A stretch of DNA of 64,000 nt, taken from positions 112,158,001-112,222,000 of the forward strand of contig OX597823.1 in the NCBI GenBank assembly GCA_951406725.2. Direction: 5' to 3'. Shown here piece by piece: positions 25,276 to 40,081 of the stretch; the first letter of the stretch is position 1, and each line of letters starts with the position of its first letter. This DNA comes from Octopus vulgaris (lineage: Eukaryota). The notes under the pieces were generated by a model. It saw only the letters and a program-made list of their open reading frames with translations, was not told where the DNA came from and searched no databases. The translations under genes and the position numbers were made by a program.

Positions 25276-25672
25276 ACTGTTTTGAGAAGGAATATGATTA
25301 ATCAGAAATTGTCACAAAGTTAAGGTTTACACAAAGAAGAAGAGTTCAAGAGGAACTTGAGACAAAACATAAAAATATATAATAAATATATATGTATGTA
25401 TGTATGTATGTATCTATGTATGTAGAGGAATTTTGTGTAGTGGTGAGCACAACGAGCACAGCAACAGGATTTATGCAGATGCAGCATTTGAATTCTGTAT
25501 GCAATATTACAACATTTTTAATCTCTTACTTGACAAACAAATAAAGAATGGCAACAGAAAGACCAACAACTAGTTGTAAAAATCCTGCCTCGGTTTCCTC
25601 CTATCTAAGCCACACAAGCATGGACAAAAACAGATGTTAAGCAAAATACCTATGTGTGTGTATGTATGTATG

Positions 25673-26000
<328 letters not shown>

Positions 26001-26347
26001 TACATATATGTATGTGTGTGTGTGTGTGTGTAAATTTGCACACACAGACACACAGGAGCCGATATATATATATGACTGGACTGTGACATATAATGATTGA
26101 TTAGTAGTTCAGCACATCCCGTATATACAAAGCCAGCTTTATCCAGGGCAATTCACTAAATTTTGCGGCTGCTGCTGCTACCCCACAACCACCACCAACA
26201 CCACCACCTTCACCAACAACAACAACAACAACAATGAGTCAATAGCCATCACCACTGTCTCTTTAATCTCTCTATAACTATTACAATGGTGGTATTTGTT
26301 TTTGATCTATCCATCTATCTATCTATCGATGTGTATGCATGCCTATG

Positions 26348-26390
<43 letters not shown>

Positions 26391-26914
26391 TATGAGAGAG
26401 AGATATATATATAATAGATACATACATACATACATACTTATGCATATATATATATTATACATATATGTATATATATACATACACACACATATATATATAC
26501 ATATATGCATACATATATGTGTGTGTGTGTGTATAATATATATATATGCATAAGTATGTATGTATCTATCTATCTATCTATATATATATATATATACAAA
26601 AGTATATACATGTATTTATACATTATACATATATACCTTTAAGTACATATGTACATATATGTGTATGTGAAGGAGTGTGTTTGTATTTATGTATATGTAT
26701 TTATATTGAGATAGATAAAGACAGAGAGAGAGGTGAAGAGAGAGAAAGAGAGAGAGAGAGATAGAAAGGTAGAAAGTGGGGGAGAGATGAAATGAGGAGA
26801 ATTACAAGGACAGGAAGTATGAGGCACAGTGAGACAATCAAATATGTCTATATGTATTAATATATAAATAAGTGTATGTGTGTGTATATACATGCATACA
26901 CCTCTTACATAGTG

Positions 26915-26947
<33 letters not shown>

Positions 26948-27176
26948 TATATATGCGTTTGTGTGTATGTGTGTATTTGTATAAATATATATATAATCAT
27001 ATTTGCATAAACATCAGCTCAGTACATTATGTATGATTATAAGCCATGTTGACTGCAGATATATATATATATATAATGTGTATACAAACATATATACATA
27101 TTTGTACATATATAGATAGATATATATATATGTATATATATGCAGGTGTATATACATATATATATATATATGTATA

Positions 27177-27252
<76 letters not shown>

Positions 27253-27700
27253 AGTATGAAGAGAGAGAGAAAGAGAAATACAACTACCTCCACTTATACA
27301 CGCCACCATATATGTATTTATATATACATGCGAGTGTATGTAGGCATGTTTATATACGTGCATATTTAGATGGATATAAAGAACAATGACAGAAGGAAAA
27401 CACAATTTCCCAGGAGGATATCTCGATGTATAAGCTAATTGTGTAATACGGTGCCACGTACACACACATACGCATGCATGCATGCATACACACTCACACA
27501 TACACACAGATGCACACATGCATTCACATTTTGCCTACCTGCTAGGATAGGCAAGGGAAATTCAATCAGCGTCCATACACTCCACATCCTTGCATTTCTG
27601 TCACTGTACACGTGTCATATCACATGTAATGATGAAGTCTTTTATATGTCAGACACTCTCTTACATCATCTAGGAATTTTTTCACTTCATTCTCAGTTAC

Positions 27701-27740
<40 letters not shown>

Positions 27741-27924
27741 TAACTCTTTGGGCCTTTTCCCACATTCTCTCTCTCGCTCTCTTTCTCTAACTTTCTTTGT
27801 ACTTATCTGTGTTATACTTTGAGTCAGTGTATTGCTATCTCTCTCTTTATATATCCTTATGAGTGTGTATGTGTATTGTGTGTCTGCGCAATATATACAT
27901 ATGTATATGTGTGTGTATATAAAA

Positions 27925-27965
<41 letters not shown>

Positions 27966-28059
27966 TATGTATATATATCTATATATATACATATATATAT
28001 ATACACATACATATACATATGTATATGCATGTATATATATATATATATGTATATGTATG

Positions 28060-28090
<31 letters not shown>

Positions 28091-28205
28091 GTATATATAT
28101 GTATATACATAAGTATATATATATATATATAAATATATACATATATATATATATACAGATATACATATATATATATATACATATATACATACATATATAT
28201 ATGTG

Positions 28206-28243
<38 letters not shown>

Positions 28244-29431
28244 TATATGCTAAATTATATATATGTATGTGTATGTGTGTATATACATATGTGCATGTAT
28301 ATGTATGTGTGTGTGTGTGTGTGCATGTGTGTGTGAGTGTGTGTGCATGTGCGTGTGTGTGTATCTGTATAATGCCTGTGTCCAAGGAAACTGAGGATGG
28401 TCTGTCATAGCAAAAATTTTATTTATTGGTATCAAACTAAAATTACTTTTGTGGTAAGTTTGAATGAAGAAAAGTTTTCCAAGTTTCATTCACAGTGCTT
28501 CTTTGGAGGACAAGTAACAAGTAATGTTTTTCTTTATTCTCAATCCCTGGAGAGATTGAACACAGTACCACCACCACCACCACAACCATCACCACGACGA
28601 CGACGACCACCACCGCCGTCGATTTGTTTGACTAAAACCCTTCAAGGCAATGCTCCAGCATGGCTGAAGTCAAATGACTGAAACAAATAATAGAGTAAAA
28701 GAATATATTTTAAAACTAGTTGATGCTCAGTGGTGCAATGTTTAAAAAAGAAGAATTATAATCAATTAAGACCAAATCCATTGATTTGATATATATTTGA
28801 TTACTTCTTTATTTGCACTTGTCCCAGAATGGTAATGTCAACTTTGACAAGCATTGAACTCCCAACATTAAGAGACATGACTAAATTACATATTGTCAGT
28901 TTACCTGGAACTCTAGAGCTTTTGTCACATCACAGTTCTGTTATTTATTTTAGTCACAAAACCATGAATATTGGTTTCAGAATTTGGCACAAGACCAGTC
29001 ATTTTAGGGGGTAAGTTGATTACATTGACCCCAGTGTTCAACTGGTACTTATTTCATTGACCCCAAAAAGCAAAGGCAAAGTCAACACAAAACTATGAAT
29101 ATTAACAAAAAGGAACAACAATCAATGGACCCTGGTACTTAGCTGGTACTTTGTTTTTCAACCCCAAACATGAAATACTAAATAGCAAAGGAAAGTTACT
29201 CAAGGCCACAAAATATACTGTTTCTGCAATTCTGCAGCAATCTATCAAGCTGAGATATGGGCTTTTATTGCTCAGTTGAATAATTAGAAATATCAGTCAA
29301 ATCTTCTTAAAATCACATCTTCAAATTTCAAAAAGAAAAGGCAAAAATGGAAGAACATACTGTATAATGCTGTCTAGGTTACACAAATCCTGGAACAATA
29401 GATGTGATGGTCAAGGCTGGAATATAATTAA

Positions 29432-29606
29432 CTCTATAGCATTCAAACTGGTCATATCTGGCCTCACACCTACCCTGCAATGTCATTCTTAACATAAACA
29501 ATCACATCGTTAAAATCTCAAAATTGCAAGATAAATACATAATTAATTAAAAATAACATGATTAAATAAGCAATGCATTTAACAAAATAATCTGTATGCT
29601 AAAGGG
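29432..29606. mobile_element. piggyBac-type MITE, diverged copy
   Basis: TTAA-CTCTATAGCATTC ... TGCTAAAGGG-TAAA. Colinear with 23526-23745. Confidence 0.7.
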
Positions 29607-31102
29607 TAAATCATAGATCTGTCTACATAAACCAGGCAGATTTTGGACTCCTACCAAATTAACTCATTGTAACTTAGTTTTCAGTGATTCGTGCTTCATA
29701 CTGATGAAGTCCAGCAGACTGAAATTATGTGATATTGGAATTCAGATGCCCATGACAGTTGAACTTCATCTGCTACAGTCTATGTGTGTGCTTTTATGCC
29801 CCAAGCACCTATATGAGAGGGTCACTCAAGACGAGCAACACAGTATTTGGTGTTCTAACAAGGCATCCATGTTAAGTTGGATATAAAGATTATATTCAAA
29901 TATATTTATTTTTGCCAACATCAAAACCCCATCACCACCTTCACCACCACTTTCTTTGGATTCCAGACTTTAGCTAATTATAATGGTTTCTAGCGACAAA
30001 TAACCACTTGCCCTCTCCCTCCTTCCCTGTTGTCCATTCTCTTCCTTTCTGTGTCTTTCCCCTTCTTTGCTTCACTCCCTCACTCTTTCTTTCCATTCTT
30101 CCATCTTTAATTGGCCAACTTAATATATTTTAGTTTTTATTGTCTTTTTGTTATTGTATCTTATGAAATTGCTTTTTTAAATTGATTTATTTTCTTTAAT
30201 TGCCTTCACTACTGGCACGTACACACATATGCATACACATATATACAAATGCATGCAAAAAATATATGCAAAAAACACACTTATACATATATGTGTGCAC
30301 ACTCTCATATACATATATATTTACATACACATTCATGCACTTACATATTCATGCGTATTTAGATACTACAGATGCTCGTGTATACAGACCTGTATCACAT
30401 ACTCTCGTGTTCACATACATACATCACATACAGAAGCACTGTAAAAAAAAGTAGTAAAAAACTAGAGAAAACATTTTGAAAAAATTAAATCGTTTATGAA
30501 ATAAATCAAAATGGCCCCTAAAATGAACAAACATCTGTAAAAAAATTTAAAACCTGTTCAATGAAATATAAATATCGTAAAAATATCATAAGGACATAAT
30601 GGGGAAAAAATGCAATAAAATAGTGTAAAATATAAAAAGATCATATAAATATAGAGTAAAAAAGGGCAATAAAATATCATAAAATATAAAATCTGAAAAT
30701 GTCTAAAATATGAACAAAATATAATATAAGTAAAATATAAAATATAAGATATTTAGAAAAAAGAAAGAATAAAATGTGAAAACATGAAGTTAAAAAATGT
30801 AAAAAAATAAAATGTTGAAAAAGAAATTTAAAGATAAAGATGAAAATATCATAAAAATATAATAGCATAAAAAAATTTAGATAAAAAACAAATGAAATAT
30901 TGTAAAATAAAATAAAATATTGTAAAAAATGAAATACTGTAAAAGAAATTAAAATAGCGTAAAAGATAAAAATGCCGTAAAAATACAAAAAAATTACAAA
31001 CTACATAGAAACCAAAAGTATTATTATCATTATTATTATTATTATTATTGTTGTTGTTGTTATTTTTATTGGTATGATTATTATTATTATTATTATTATT
31101 AT

Positions 31103-31135
<33 letters not shown>

Positions 31136-31242
31136 CAGTTTTTTTTATTCTTAGTTATTACAATTTTTCTGTTTTTGAAGTTTTATATATTTTACAAAAA
31201 CAGAAAACAAAACAACAAAAATGGCAATAGTAATAATAATAA

Positions 31243-31320
<78 letters not shown>

Positions 31321-32639
31321 TAATAATAATAATGTGTTGTAAATTGAAGTTAAGGAAACGATCAATAAATTTCACAGTCAATAGAAATTGCTGTCGACAG
31401 AGCGAGAAATATTGAATTTGTCTTCATGATGATATGGGGAGGGGAGTAGTCGGGAGGAGCGGAAATTTTTCAAAATTATTGTTTTTTTTTTCTTTTGTGG
31501 TAATGTTGTGTAGTGTATTGTTGGGGAAAATTTGGGGTGGTGTGTAGAAGTGGATAGGAGGTGAAATAGTGGTGGGTAGGGCAGAGCAGAGGTGGGGGGA
31601 GGTCGTTGTCAGTAGAGGTATCTAGGATTACAGCATTTAATGAGCCCTCCCATTTTTAAGCCAATAAAGAGTCATTTGAGGACAATTTGGCTGCTATTTC
31701 TTGAAGGGCAAGTGTGCATGAAATAAGTGGTAGTGGCGGAATGGAGGGGGTTGAGACAGGAATAGTGGGGACGGCAGTGGGAAGGGGAATTTTTTTTTTC
31801 ATTATTTACAGTTTTTCAATTTAAGAGTTCATTTTACTGATGGTTGGTTGGGAAATGCTCAGTTTTTGTTGTTATTGCTACTGTTGCTGTTTCTGCCATT
31901 ATTTTTGTTGCAATTATTGTTGTTGTTGCTTCTGATATTGTTATTGTTGTTATTATTGTCGTTATTTTCACTATTTTTCTTTGTTGCTATTTTGTATTGT
32001 TATTCTTATTGATATTTGTTTTTATTTTTGTTGCTTTCATTGCTGTTAATGTTGTTATATTTATTGCTCTTCTTGTAATTGTTTTTGCTATTGTTTCTAT
32101 TCTTCGTCTTGTTGTTATTGTCGTTATGATTCTTAATGTTGTGATTGCTCTTGTTATTGTGGTTGTTGCTCTTCTTGTAGTTGTTATTATATTTCTTATT
32201 TTTATTTATGTATTTTATTTTGCTTCTTGTTTTATTATTTTATAATTTTTTCTTCTTACATTTGTAATCAATTTTTAAAATGAAGTTGTTGACGATATGG
32301 AGGGGTGGAGGCAAGAAGTGGTGGTGGTGGTGGTGGTAGTTAACAAGGTGAGTGAAGAGGTTGTGGTGTCTATAATGAGAAGATGTAATGCTGGTGGGCC
32401 AATGGTGGGGAGATTATTTAAATTATGTTTTATTTATGTATATGTTATGATTCTAAATATGTATTTGTATTTGGGTTTTGTTTTGTGGGGTAGGTTTTAT
32501 CTGTAAAATATAAGTATTCTATGACCAAAATAAGTTGGGGAAACCCCTGGTGTGGTGTATGGGTGGTGCGTGGGTTGCACTGGACTGGTGTTTGATGTTT
32601 GCACTCTGCCTGTGTTGTGTGGTTGTTGTTACATGCTTA

Positions 32640-33030
32640 GAGATAAAGAAGGAGGAGGAGGAAGAGGAGGAGGAAGAGAAGAAGTAGCAGATGAGGATGA
32701 TGATGATGATGAGGAGGAGGAGGAGGATGGAGAAGAAGAAGAAGAAGAAGAAGACCAGATGGTGAAAGAAGAGGTGGAGTAGATTGTGGTGATGGAGGAG
32801 GTGGTGAAAGAGAAGGAAGAAGAAAGAGAGGTGAAGGAGGTGGGCAGGAAGAAAAAGAAGAAAAGGAAGAGGAGGATGGGGAGGAAGAAAAGGAAGAAGA
32901 GGATGGGGAGGGAGAAAAAGAAGAAAAGGAAGAGGAGGACGGGGAGGAAGACGAATAAGAAGAAGACGAAGAAGAAGAAGAAGAAGAAGGTAAATAAGTC
33001 AACAACAAGAAAGAAAAGAAGAAAGGTGAA
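32640..33030 (+). repeat. Purine-rich (GAA/GAG/GAT)n low-complexity tract
   Basis: Directly visible. Confidence 0.85.
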
Positions 33031-33778
33031 AGATTTGTAAAAATCAATAGAATAATTAAATTAAATGAGGGAGAAAGAGAGCACTGGTGGAGGGGTGCAT
33101 GCGTGTGTGCATGTATGTGCGTATGTATGTGTGTCTGAAATAGTGGGAGGAAAGAAGGTGAATGAGAAGGGGATGGCAAGGAGGAGAGAAAGGATGAAGC
33201 GGAAATGATAAAATAACAAATATAAAAACAAAAACCAGTCAAAATATAACAAAATTCAGTTGCTTTCTATATTAATTATATTATTATTTTTATTTTATTA
33301 GTTTTATTTTCTTTTATTTCATTATTTTTCTTTTATTATTTATTTTTATCGTATTAATTATATTATTATTTAAATTTTTTTTAAAGGAAAAGAGGGAAGA
33401 TACTTTGTAAATTTTATGTATTTTTGTAATTTTAAACTATATTTAACGATTTAGTCATTTTTATTTTTATTTATATTACAATTTTTATATATTCTTTCTT
33501 CATTCTTTTTTTCATTGTCATTCAAATTTGTTTAATGTCATTATAATTTGTTTTATGACATTATTGTCACTTTGTTGTCATCGGTGTTATTGGGGGTGGT
33601 GGTGGGGGTGGTGGGTGTTGTTGCTGTGGCAATTGATGTTGTTTAGTTATTGTTTTTGCTATTGTTGTTTTTGTGGTTGATATTGTTGTTACTGATGTTG
33701 ATGTTCATGTTATTGTTTTTGATTGTTATTGCTGGTTGTTGCCATTGCAGATTGGTTCATCTTACACTAAGTCTTTGT

Positions 33779-34220
33779 CTTCTTCTTCTTCTTCTTCTTC
33801 TTCTTCTTCTTCTTCTTCTTCTTCTTCTTCTTCCACTTCTTCTTCTTCCTCCTTTTCTCTTCCACTTCTTCCTTTTTCCCTTTCCTCCTTCTTCCCCTTT
33901 GTCTCCTTTTCTTCTTTTCCTTCTCCTCTTTCCTCTCTTTTTTCTGCTTTGTTCCTCCTCCCCTCCTCCCCACCACCACCTTCTCCCATTCTTCTTCTTC
34001 TCCTTTTTCTTCTTCTTCTTCTTCTTCTTCTCCTTCTTCATCATCATCATCTTCTTCTTCATCATCATCATTTTCTTCTTCCTCTTCTTCATCATCATCT
34101 TCCTCTTCTTCCTCTTCTTCATCATCATCTTCCTCTTCTTCCTCTTCATCATCATCATCATCATCTTCTTCCTTCTCCTTCTTCTTCTTCTTCACTTTCT
34201 TCATCTTCTTCTTCTTCTTC
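33779..34220 (+). repeat. (TTC)n/(TCC)n/(TCA)n compound tract
   Basis: Directly visible. Confidence 0.9.
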
Positions 34221-34534
34221 TCAATCCTACCTTTTCTTTTAAATCTCAGATTCTAATTTCTTTACAAATTTTTTTCCATCTTTTATGAATGTTTCTTTTC
34301 AATTTTATTACTTTATTGCATTCCCCCCCCCCCCACTAAACTCTAAGTTGTAATATATCTCCTCTCACTTGCCACTTTTAATGTGACTCTTCAATGTTGC
34401 ACCTCAGTATGTCATCTCTAATATATCACCTCAACTGTGCCACCATAGATTGTTATATATATATAGGTGTATGTGTATATATATATATATATATATACGC
34501 ATATATATATATATATATACATATATGTATATAT

Positions 34535-34790
34535 AAAGGGAAAGTTTACGAAAATAAACAAAAGATGAAGGCAGGTGGAGTACAAACAAACAGATGTATT
34601 AGTATAACGTTCAGGAATAGAAAAAGTCTTTTACGTTTCGAGCCTGCGCTCTTCAACAGAAAGATACACAGAAAAAAACAAGGAGAGAGAAAAAATGCAT
34701 GTAGGAGCTAATGATCTATCATGGTGTCCTGACTTCTGACAGTGATCAGACGCGAGAGGGACAGTAGGGGAGATAACAGGGTCAACTGAC
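34535..34790 (-). mobile_element. Family H-A element (longest copy) with hammerhead-like motif
   Basis: Colinear with 6118-6295, extends ~90 bp further 5', and has its 3' end at (TA)n. Confidence 0.7.
34627..34664 (-). ncRNA. Minimal type-I hammerhead ribozyme-like motif, A6U core variant
   Basis: Reverse complement: TCTTT-CTGTTGA-A-GAGC-GCAG-GCTC-GAAAC-GTA-AAAGA. Confidence 0.6.
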
Positions 34791-34976
34791 TTATGAAATG
34801 AATGTAAAAAAATATAATATATGAGAAAAATATGAAAAAAAATAAAGTGAAAACGAAAGGGACAGTTTTTACGAACAGTTCAAAAGTTTGTAGACATCGT
34901 GGTGTATTTCAAAGATTTCACATCAATAACAAAGTCAATATATAGGTGTTTATATATATATATATATTTATATTTG

Positions 34977-35268
34977 TGGAGGCACAATGGCCCAATCATT
35001 AGGGCAGCGGACTCACGGTTGTAGGATCGCGGTTTCGATTCCCAGACCGGGCGTTGTGAGTGTTTATTGAGCGAAAACACCTAAAAGCTCCACGAGGCTC
35101 CAGCAGGGTTTGGTGATCCCTGCTGTACTCTTTCACCACTCTTTCTTCTGTTAACCTGCTCACTTAGCCAGCGGGGTGGCATCATTCGAAGGCTAAAACA
35201 ATGCGAACGCATTGTGACCAGCGATGTGTAACTACATCTGATGGACTGGTTGGTCACGTGATCACGTG
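34977..35268 (+). mobile_element. tRNA-derived SINE (family S5b)
   Basis: GGAGGCACAATGGCCC...GGTTTCGATTCCC B-box. GAGCGAAAACACCTAAAAGCTCCACG is shared with S5a. Ends (CACGTGAT)2. Confidence 0.75.
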
Positions 35269-35429
35269 ATATATTTATATTTATATTTATATATACACCT
35301 TAACCTTTATTCACCACCACCATCATCATCATCATCATCATCATCCTTATATATGCCATTTATTGATGTCACTGTTTTTGTAGAATTTGTTATCATCATG
35401 ATCATTATTCTTATCATTATTATTGTTAA

Positions 35430-35660
35430 TAAGGTGATGAGCTGGCAGAATTATTAGCATGCCTGGGCAAAAGGCTTAGCAGCATTTTGTTTGTCCTTAC
35501 AGTCTGAGTTCAAATTCCACCAAGGTTGATTTTGCTTCCCGTCCTTTCAGGGTCAATGAAGTAAGTACCAGTTAAGTATTGAGGTTATTATAATCAACTA
35601 GCCCCCACCCCTAAAATTTCAGGCCTTGTGCCTATAGTAGAAAAGATTATTATTATTATT
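35430..35660 (+). mobile_element. S4 SINE (monomer, variant tail)
   Basis: GAGCTGGCAGAA head, GAGTTCAAATTCC, CCTTTCAGGGTCAATGAAGTAAGTACCAG and an (ATT)n tail. Confidence 0.8.
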
Positions 35661-35682
35661 GTCTTTGATAATCATAATAACA

Positions 35683-35717
<35 letters not shown>

Positions 35718-35724
35718 AATAATA

Positions 35725-35935
35725 GTGGCTTCAAATTTTGCCACTAGGGCAGCTATTTTGGGGGAGGAGATTAGTCGATTACATCGACCCCAGTGTTAAA
35801 CTGGTACTTATTTTATCAACCCTAGAAAGATGAAAGGCAAAGTTGACCTCGGTGGAATTTGAACTCAGAACACAGTGCAAGAGGAAATACCACTAAGCAG
35901 TTCACCCAGTGTGCTAACAATTCTGCCAGTCCTTT
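35725..35935 (-). mobile_element. S4 SINE (monomer), tail-to-tail with the previous copy
   Basis: GTCGATTACATCGACCCCAGTG...CTGGTACTTA...GATGAAAGGCAAAGTTGACCTCGG...TTTGAACTCAG. Confidence 0.8.
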
Positions 35936-35948
35936 TCCTTAAATAATA

Positions 35949-35982
<34 letters not shown>

Positions 35983-36095
35983 GAGGGTGAACAGGCAGAA
36001 TCATTAACATATTGACATATTGGAACCTTTCTGCATTGAATGCTCAGTCTACTAAGGGTTCCCTCTCTCCCTGCTTTTAAAGATTTTGGCATTAT

Positions 36096-36335
36096 AAGAA
36101 GAAGAAGAAGAAGAAAAAAAATGAAGACGAAAAAGAAGAAGAAGAAGAAGAAGAAAAAGAAGAAGAAGAAGAAGAAAAATGAAGAAGAAGAAGAAGAGGA
36201 GAAGAATGAAGAAGAAGAAGAAGAAGAAGAAGAAGAAGAATGAAGAAGAAGAAGAAAAGAAGAAGAAGAAAAGAAGAAGAAGAAGAAGAAGAAGAAGAAG
36301 AAGAAGAAGAAGAAGAAGAAAAGAAGCAGAAGAAG
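36096..36335 (+). repeat. (GAA)n microsatellite
   Basis: Directly visible. Confidence 0.95.
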
Positions 36336-36339
36336 ATGC

Positions 36340-36737
36340 TGTGAAGGCTGGAGAGTCTGAGAGTTATCCTGCTGGAACTAGGTCACAGGAGAGTTGTGTC
36401 TCCATACACAGACGATGTCACCATCGTGGAGTCGGACTCTTCAGATACAGAAATGATTGACACTATACCTGATAAAATATCAGGTGTGTACAACAGCACA
36501 TATGAATCGGGACAAGTCAGTGGGTTTGTGAATTGGCTCTGGAGAGGCAGGTCCATGTTGAATAGCAGGGATTTCCGTTGCTCAACAGAGTGTTTTGTAA
36601 AAGTGCTCAGGGACTGGTTCAGACCATATTTCCAGGTGGATAAGAGAGCACGGAAGGAGATGGTCATGGGTGGTCAAGCTCACCCAGAAATGGACAGAAA
36701 TGAAGCTATCTCTGAGAGGCCAGCAAGAAAAAGCTGA
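36340..36737 (+). pseudogene. Decayed L1/Tx1-clade LINE RT fragment
   Basis: ORF 36396-36737 has SPYTDDVTIV (YADD-like), WRGRSM and FVKVLRDWFRP (KxLGxWF-like), spaced as in Tx1-type RTs. Confidence 0.6.
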
Positions 36738-36749
36738 AAGAAGAAAGGC

Positions 36750-36780
<31 letters not shown>

Positions 36781-36900
36781 GTTTAACGTCCGTTTTCCAC
36801 GCTAGCTCGGGTTGGACGGTTCGACCGGGGTTTGGGCTGCACCAGGCTCCAGTCTGATCTGGCAGAGTTTCTACAGCTGGATGCCCTTCTGGATGCCTGG
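36750..36900 (-). mobile_element. S2 3' fragment
   Basis: (CAT)n-CGTTTAACGTCCGTTTTCC...CTACAGCTGGATGCCCTTC. Confidence 0.75.
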
Positions 36901-37844
36901 ATGCAATGGCAAGAACAAATCATAGAGGTTTTCTGTCCAAAGGCACAATTGTAGAATAAACCAAAAATATAAATTACCCCATTTTCATTGTCAGGAGTAA
37001 ATTATTTGCCTTCTTCCTGCCACAACCAGGGAATACAATGAGAATCACCCATGACCACACCAACAATAACAACAGCAACAACTAAATGATCAGGAAGTAC
37101 TTCTTCATAGCATCTTCTTATGGAGGTGGGGAGCAGATGGAGACCAATGAGAAAGGACAGACTCCTTAAAAGCACAATGAAAGAACCAACAAAACAACGA
37201 TAATAACCAATAAGAAAAATATGAGGAGAATTACACCATCTGTGAAGAGAATACAATCTCTACTGAAGAAGAGCTCTTCTCTCAAAGGAAACCAATATCC
37301 TATGAGGAGGAACCAGCTTCCTGCCTGAACAAGTCTAAGAAAACTCTATAAGAAAGACACTTAAATTAGGAATATCCAGAAGTATGGATCAAGGAGGAAA
37401 TGGGACTGTATTTTAAACAGTATTAAAAGAGCAAAATATTTGTCCAGATTTCAGAGAGACATTATGAAGTGTCATATCTCAATGATCCACAGAATACGGA
37501 CCTTCACTTGCCTTCTATAACACAAGGATGTCACACCAAAGATTAGAGCATCTTGATCAATGTAACTGCTTTAATCAATGTAATATAAATATCTTGTTTA
37601 GATTATTTTGTGTCATATTGTAGCTTCTAACTTATTCAATGTAAATATTTGTAGTGCATTAACCTTTTAGGAATTCTAAATCCATTTAAGTATTATTCTG
37701 TTACATATCTTTCACCCCTCCACTCTGCTTTGTGTAACATGTCAGTCCCACCCCATACACATTTGTAAGTCCTCTCTTTTGCATTTTTCTCTACCTTATC
37801 AAGTCCTTGTGACTGTTAAAGAAAACGATTCTCTTTCTTCTTCT

Positions 37845-38091
37845 TATTATTATTATCATTATTATCATTATTATCATTATTATTATTATCATTATTATTA
37901 TTATCATCATCATTATTATTATTATTATCATTATTATTATCATCATTATTATTATTATCATTATTATTATTATTATCATTATTATTATCATTATTATCAT
38001 AATTATTATTATTATCATTATTATTATTATTATTATCATTATTATTATTATTATCATTATTATTATTATTATCATTATTATTATTATCATA

Positions 38092-38141
<50 letters not shown>

Positions 38142-38191
38142 CATCATCATTATTATCATTATTATTATTATTATCATAATTATTATTATTA

Positions 38192-38222
<31 letters not shown>

Positions 38223-38280
38223 CATTATTATTATTATTATTATTTTCATCATTATTAATATTATTATTATTATTATTATT
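37845..38280 (+). repeat. (TAT/CAT)n microsatellite
   Basis: Directly visible. Confidence 0.95.
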
Positions 38281-39059
38281 AAACAGAAATAAGGAAGACA
38301 GGAAGGAAGGCAGTGTGGGGAGGAAGGGATGTAAGAATAAGGGGAGGATAGACCAGACGAGAGGCAGGATGGAGAAGATGGAAGAAAGCAGAAAGGGAGA
38401 AGAAGGGGAGGGAGACAAAGGTGACTAGGGGAGAAGAAAGAAGGACAAGAGGAGAGGAAAGTTTTGGTACTTGTGAAAAAGGGACAGCAAACAATCAAAT
38501 CAAGAAGGGGGAAAATATTACAAAACAACAATAACAAAAATGTGAGAACAACAATAATTAAAATAACACCATTAGCAACAAAAATAATTAGAATAATAGT
38601 AAAAAAAACAACAATAACAATATCAACAACAACAGCAACAACAAGAACAACAACAGCAACTATAAAATTTGTAAACAAGTGAGAAAATAAAAATAAAGTA
38701 CAAAAAAATCAATAAATCAACTGGAGGGACATCATCATGAATTAATGAAGTAATAAACTCTATTGAAAACAATAATACGACAAGGAAGGGGCTACTTAAG
38801 GTGATTGACCTGCTAGAGTAATAGCTAATTGTTCCTGTTATATCTTGCAGTAGTTTAAACAGAGTGGGAAGAAGAAATATATATTATGGAAAAAAAAATT
38901 ACATTTAACAACAACAACAACAATGATAATTGCAAGAACAATTACAACAGCATGAATTATGAAAACAACAACAATTCAAACAGCAATAAGAGCAAAAAAC
39001 AAATTTTAGCAAATGATAAATAATAACAATTTCAGCTTTATCAATAACTCTGATATAGT

Positions 39060-39660
39060 TATCATTCTCATTATCATCGTCATCGTTGTCATTGTCGTTT
39101 TTGTCATCATCATTGTCATCATTATCATCATCGTCGTCGTTATCATGATGATGATCATCATTGTTGTCATCATTGTCATTTTCATCATTGTCGTTGTCAT
39201 CGTTGTCGTCGTCAGTCGTCGACATCATCATCGTCGTTGTCATTGTTTTCATCGTCATCGTTGTCATCGTCGTCGTCGTCGTCGTCATCATCATCGTCGT
39301 CGTCATTGTCATCATCAATATTGTCGTCGTCGTCATCATTGTCATCGCCATCATCGTCGTTGTCATCATTGTCATCGTCATCGTCGTCATTGTCATCGTC
39401 ATCGTTGTCATCATTGTCATTTTCATCATCATCGTAGTCATCGTCATCGTCATCATCGTCGTTGTCATAGTCGTCGTCGTCATTGTCATCATCATCATCG
39501 TTGTCATCGTCGTCATTGTCGTCATCGTCGTTGTCGTTGTTTTCATCGTCATCATTCTCGTCATCGTCATTGTCATCGTCATCATTGTCATTGTCATCAT
39601 CGTCGTTGTCATCATCATCGTCATTGTTGTTGTTGTCATCGTCGTCATCATTATCATTGC
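39060..39660 (+). repeat. (TCA/TCG/TTG)n cryptic triplet repeat
   Basis: Directly visible; open in several frames on both strands. Confidence 0.9.
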
Positions 39661-40081
39661 CATGTTCCTCATTGTCACCACCCCAGTTGCCACTCCCTCC
39701 AGCCCAGTCACCCACCACCATCACCACCACCACCACCATTAGCAGCAGCAGTAGTAGCAGCAAAAGCTGGAAGGTGAAGAATTTAGTGTAATTTGTGTTA
39801 AAGTTCCAAGCGTAAATTTGAATTGGTGAGTGGGGCGGGGGAGATGTGATGTGAGTGGCATAGGTGGGTTGGAGAAGGAGTAGGCAGACGAAGAGGAGTA
39901 GGAGGTGCAGAGAGGAAGTGCACTATGGGATTTTGATACCACCACCACAACTACCACAAAAACTAACACTACCCTTACTACCACTACTAGCTGCATCATA
40001 AACTACATCATCTCTACCCCCACCCCCCCCACCACCAACACCAACACCAACATCAACAACTTCAATACTTCCACTACTAAT

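Noticed and set aside
37263-37295. CTGAAGAAGAGCTCTTCTCTCAAAGGAAAC resembling the H-B motif
   Set aside because: GAAA is not adjacent to stem II, and there is no stem I or III and no family flanks.
38905-39791. Poly-Asp/His/Ser/Met ORFs (also 33650-34288, 37779-38678, 47558-48128, 50833-51268)
   Set aside because: Triplet-repeat tracts open in several frames on both strands, with no splice or domain support; the 50.8-kb tract grows out of a retroposon tail.
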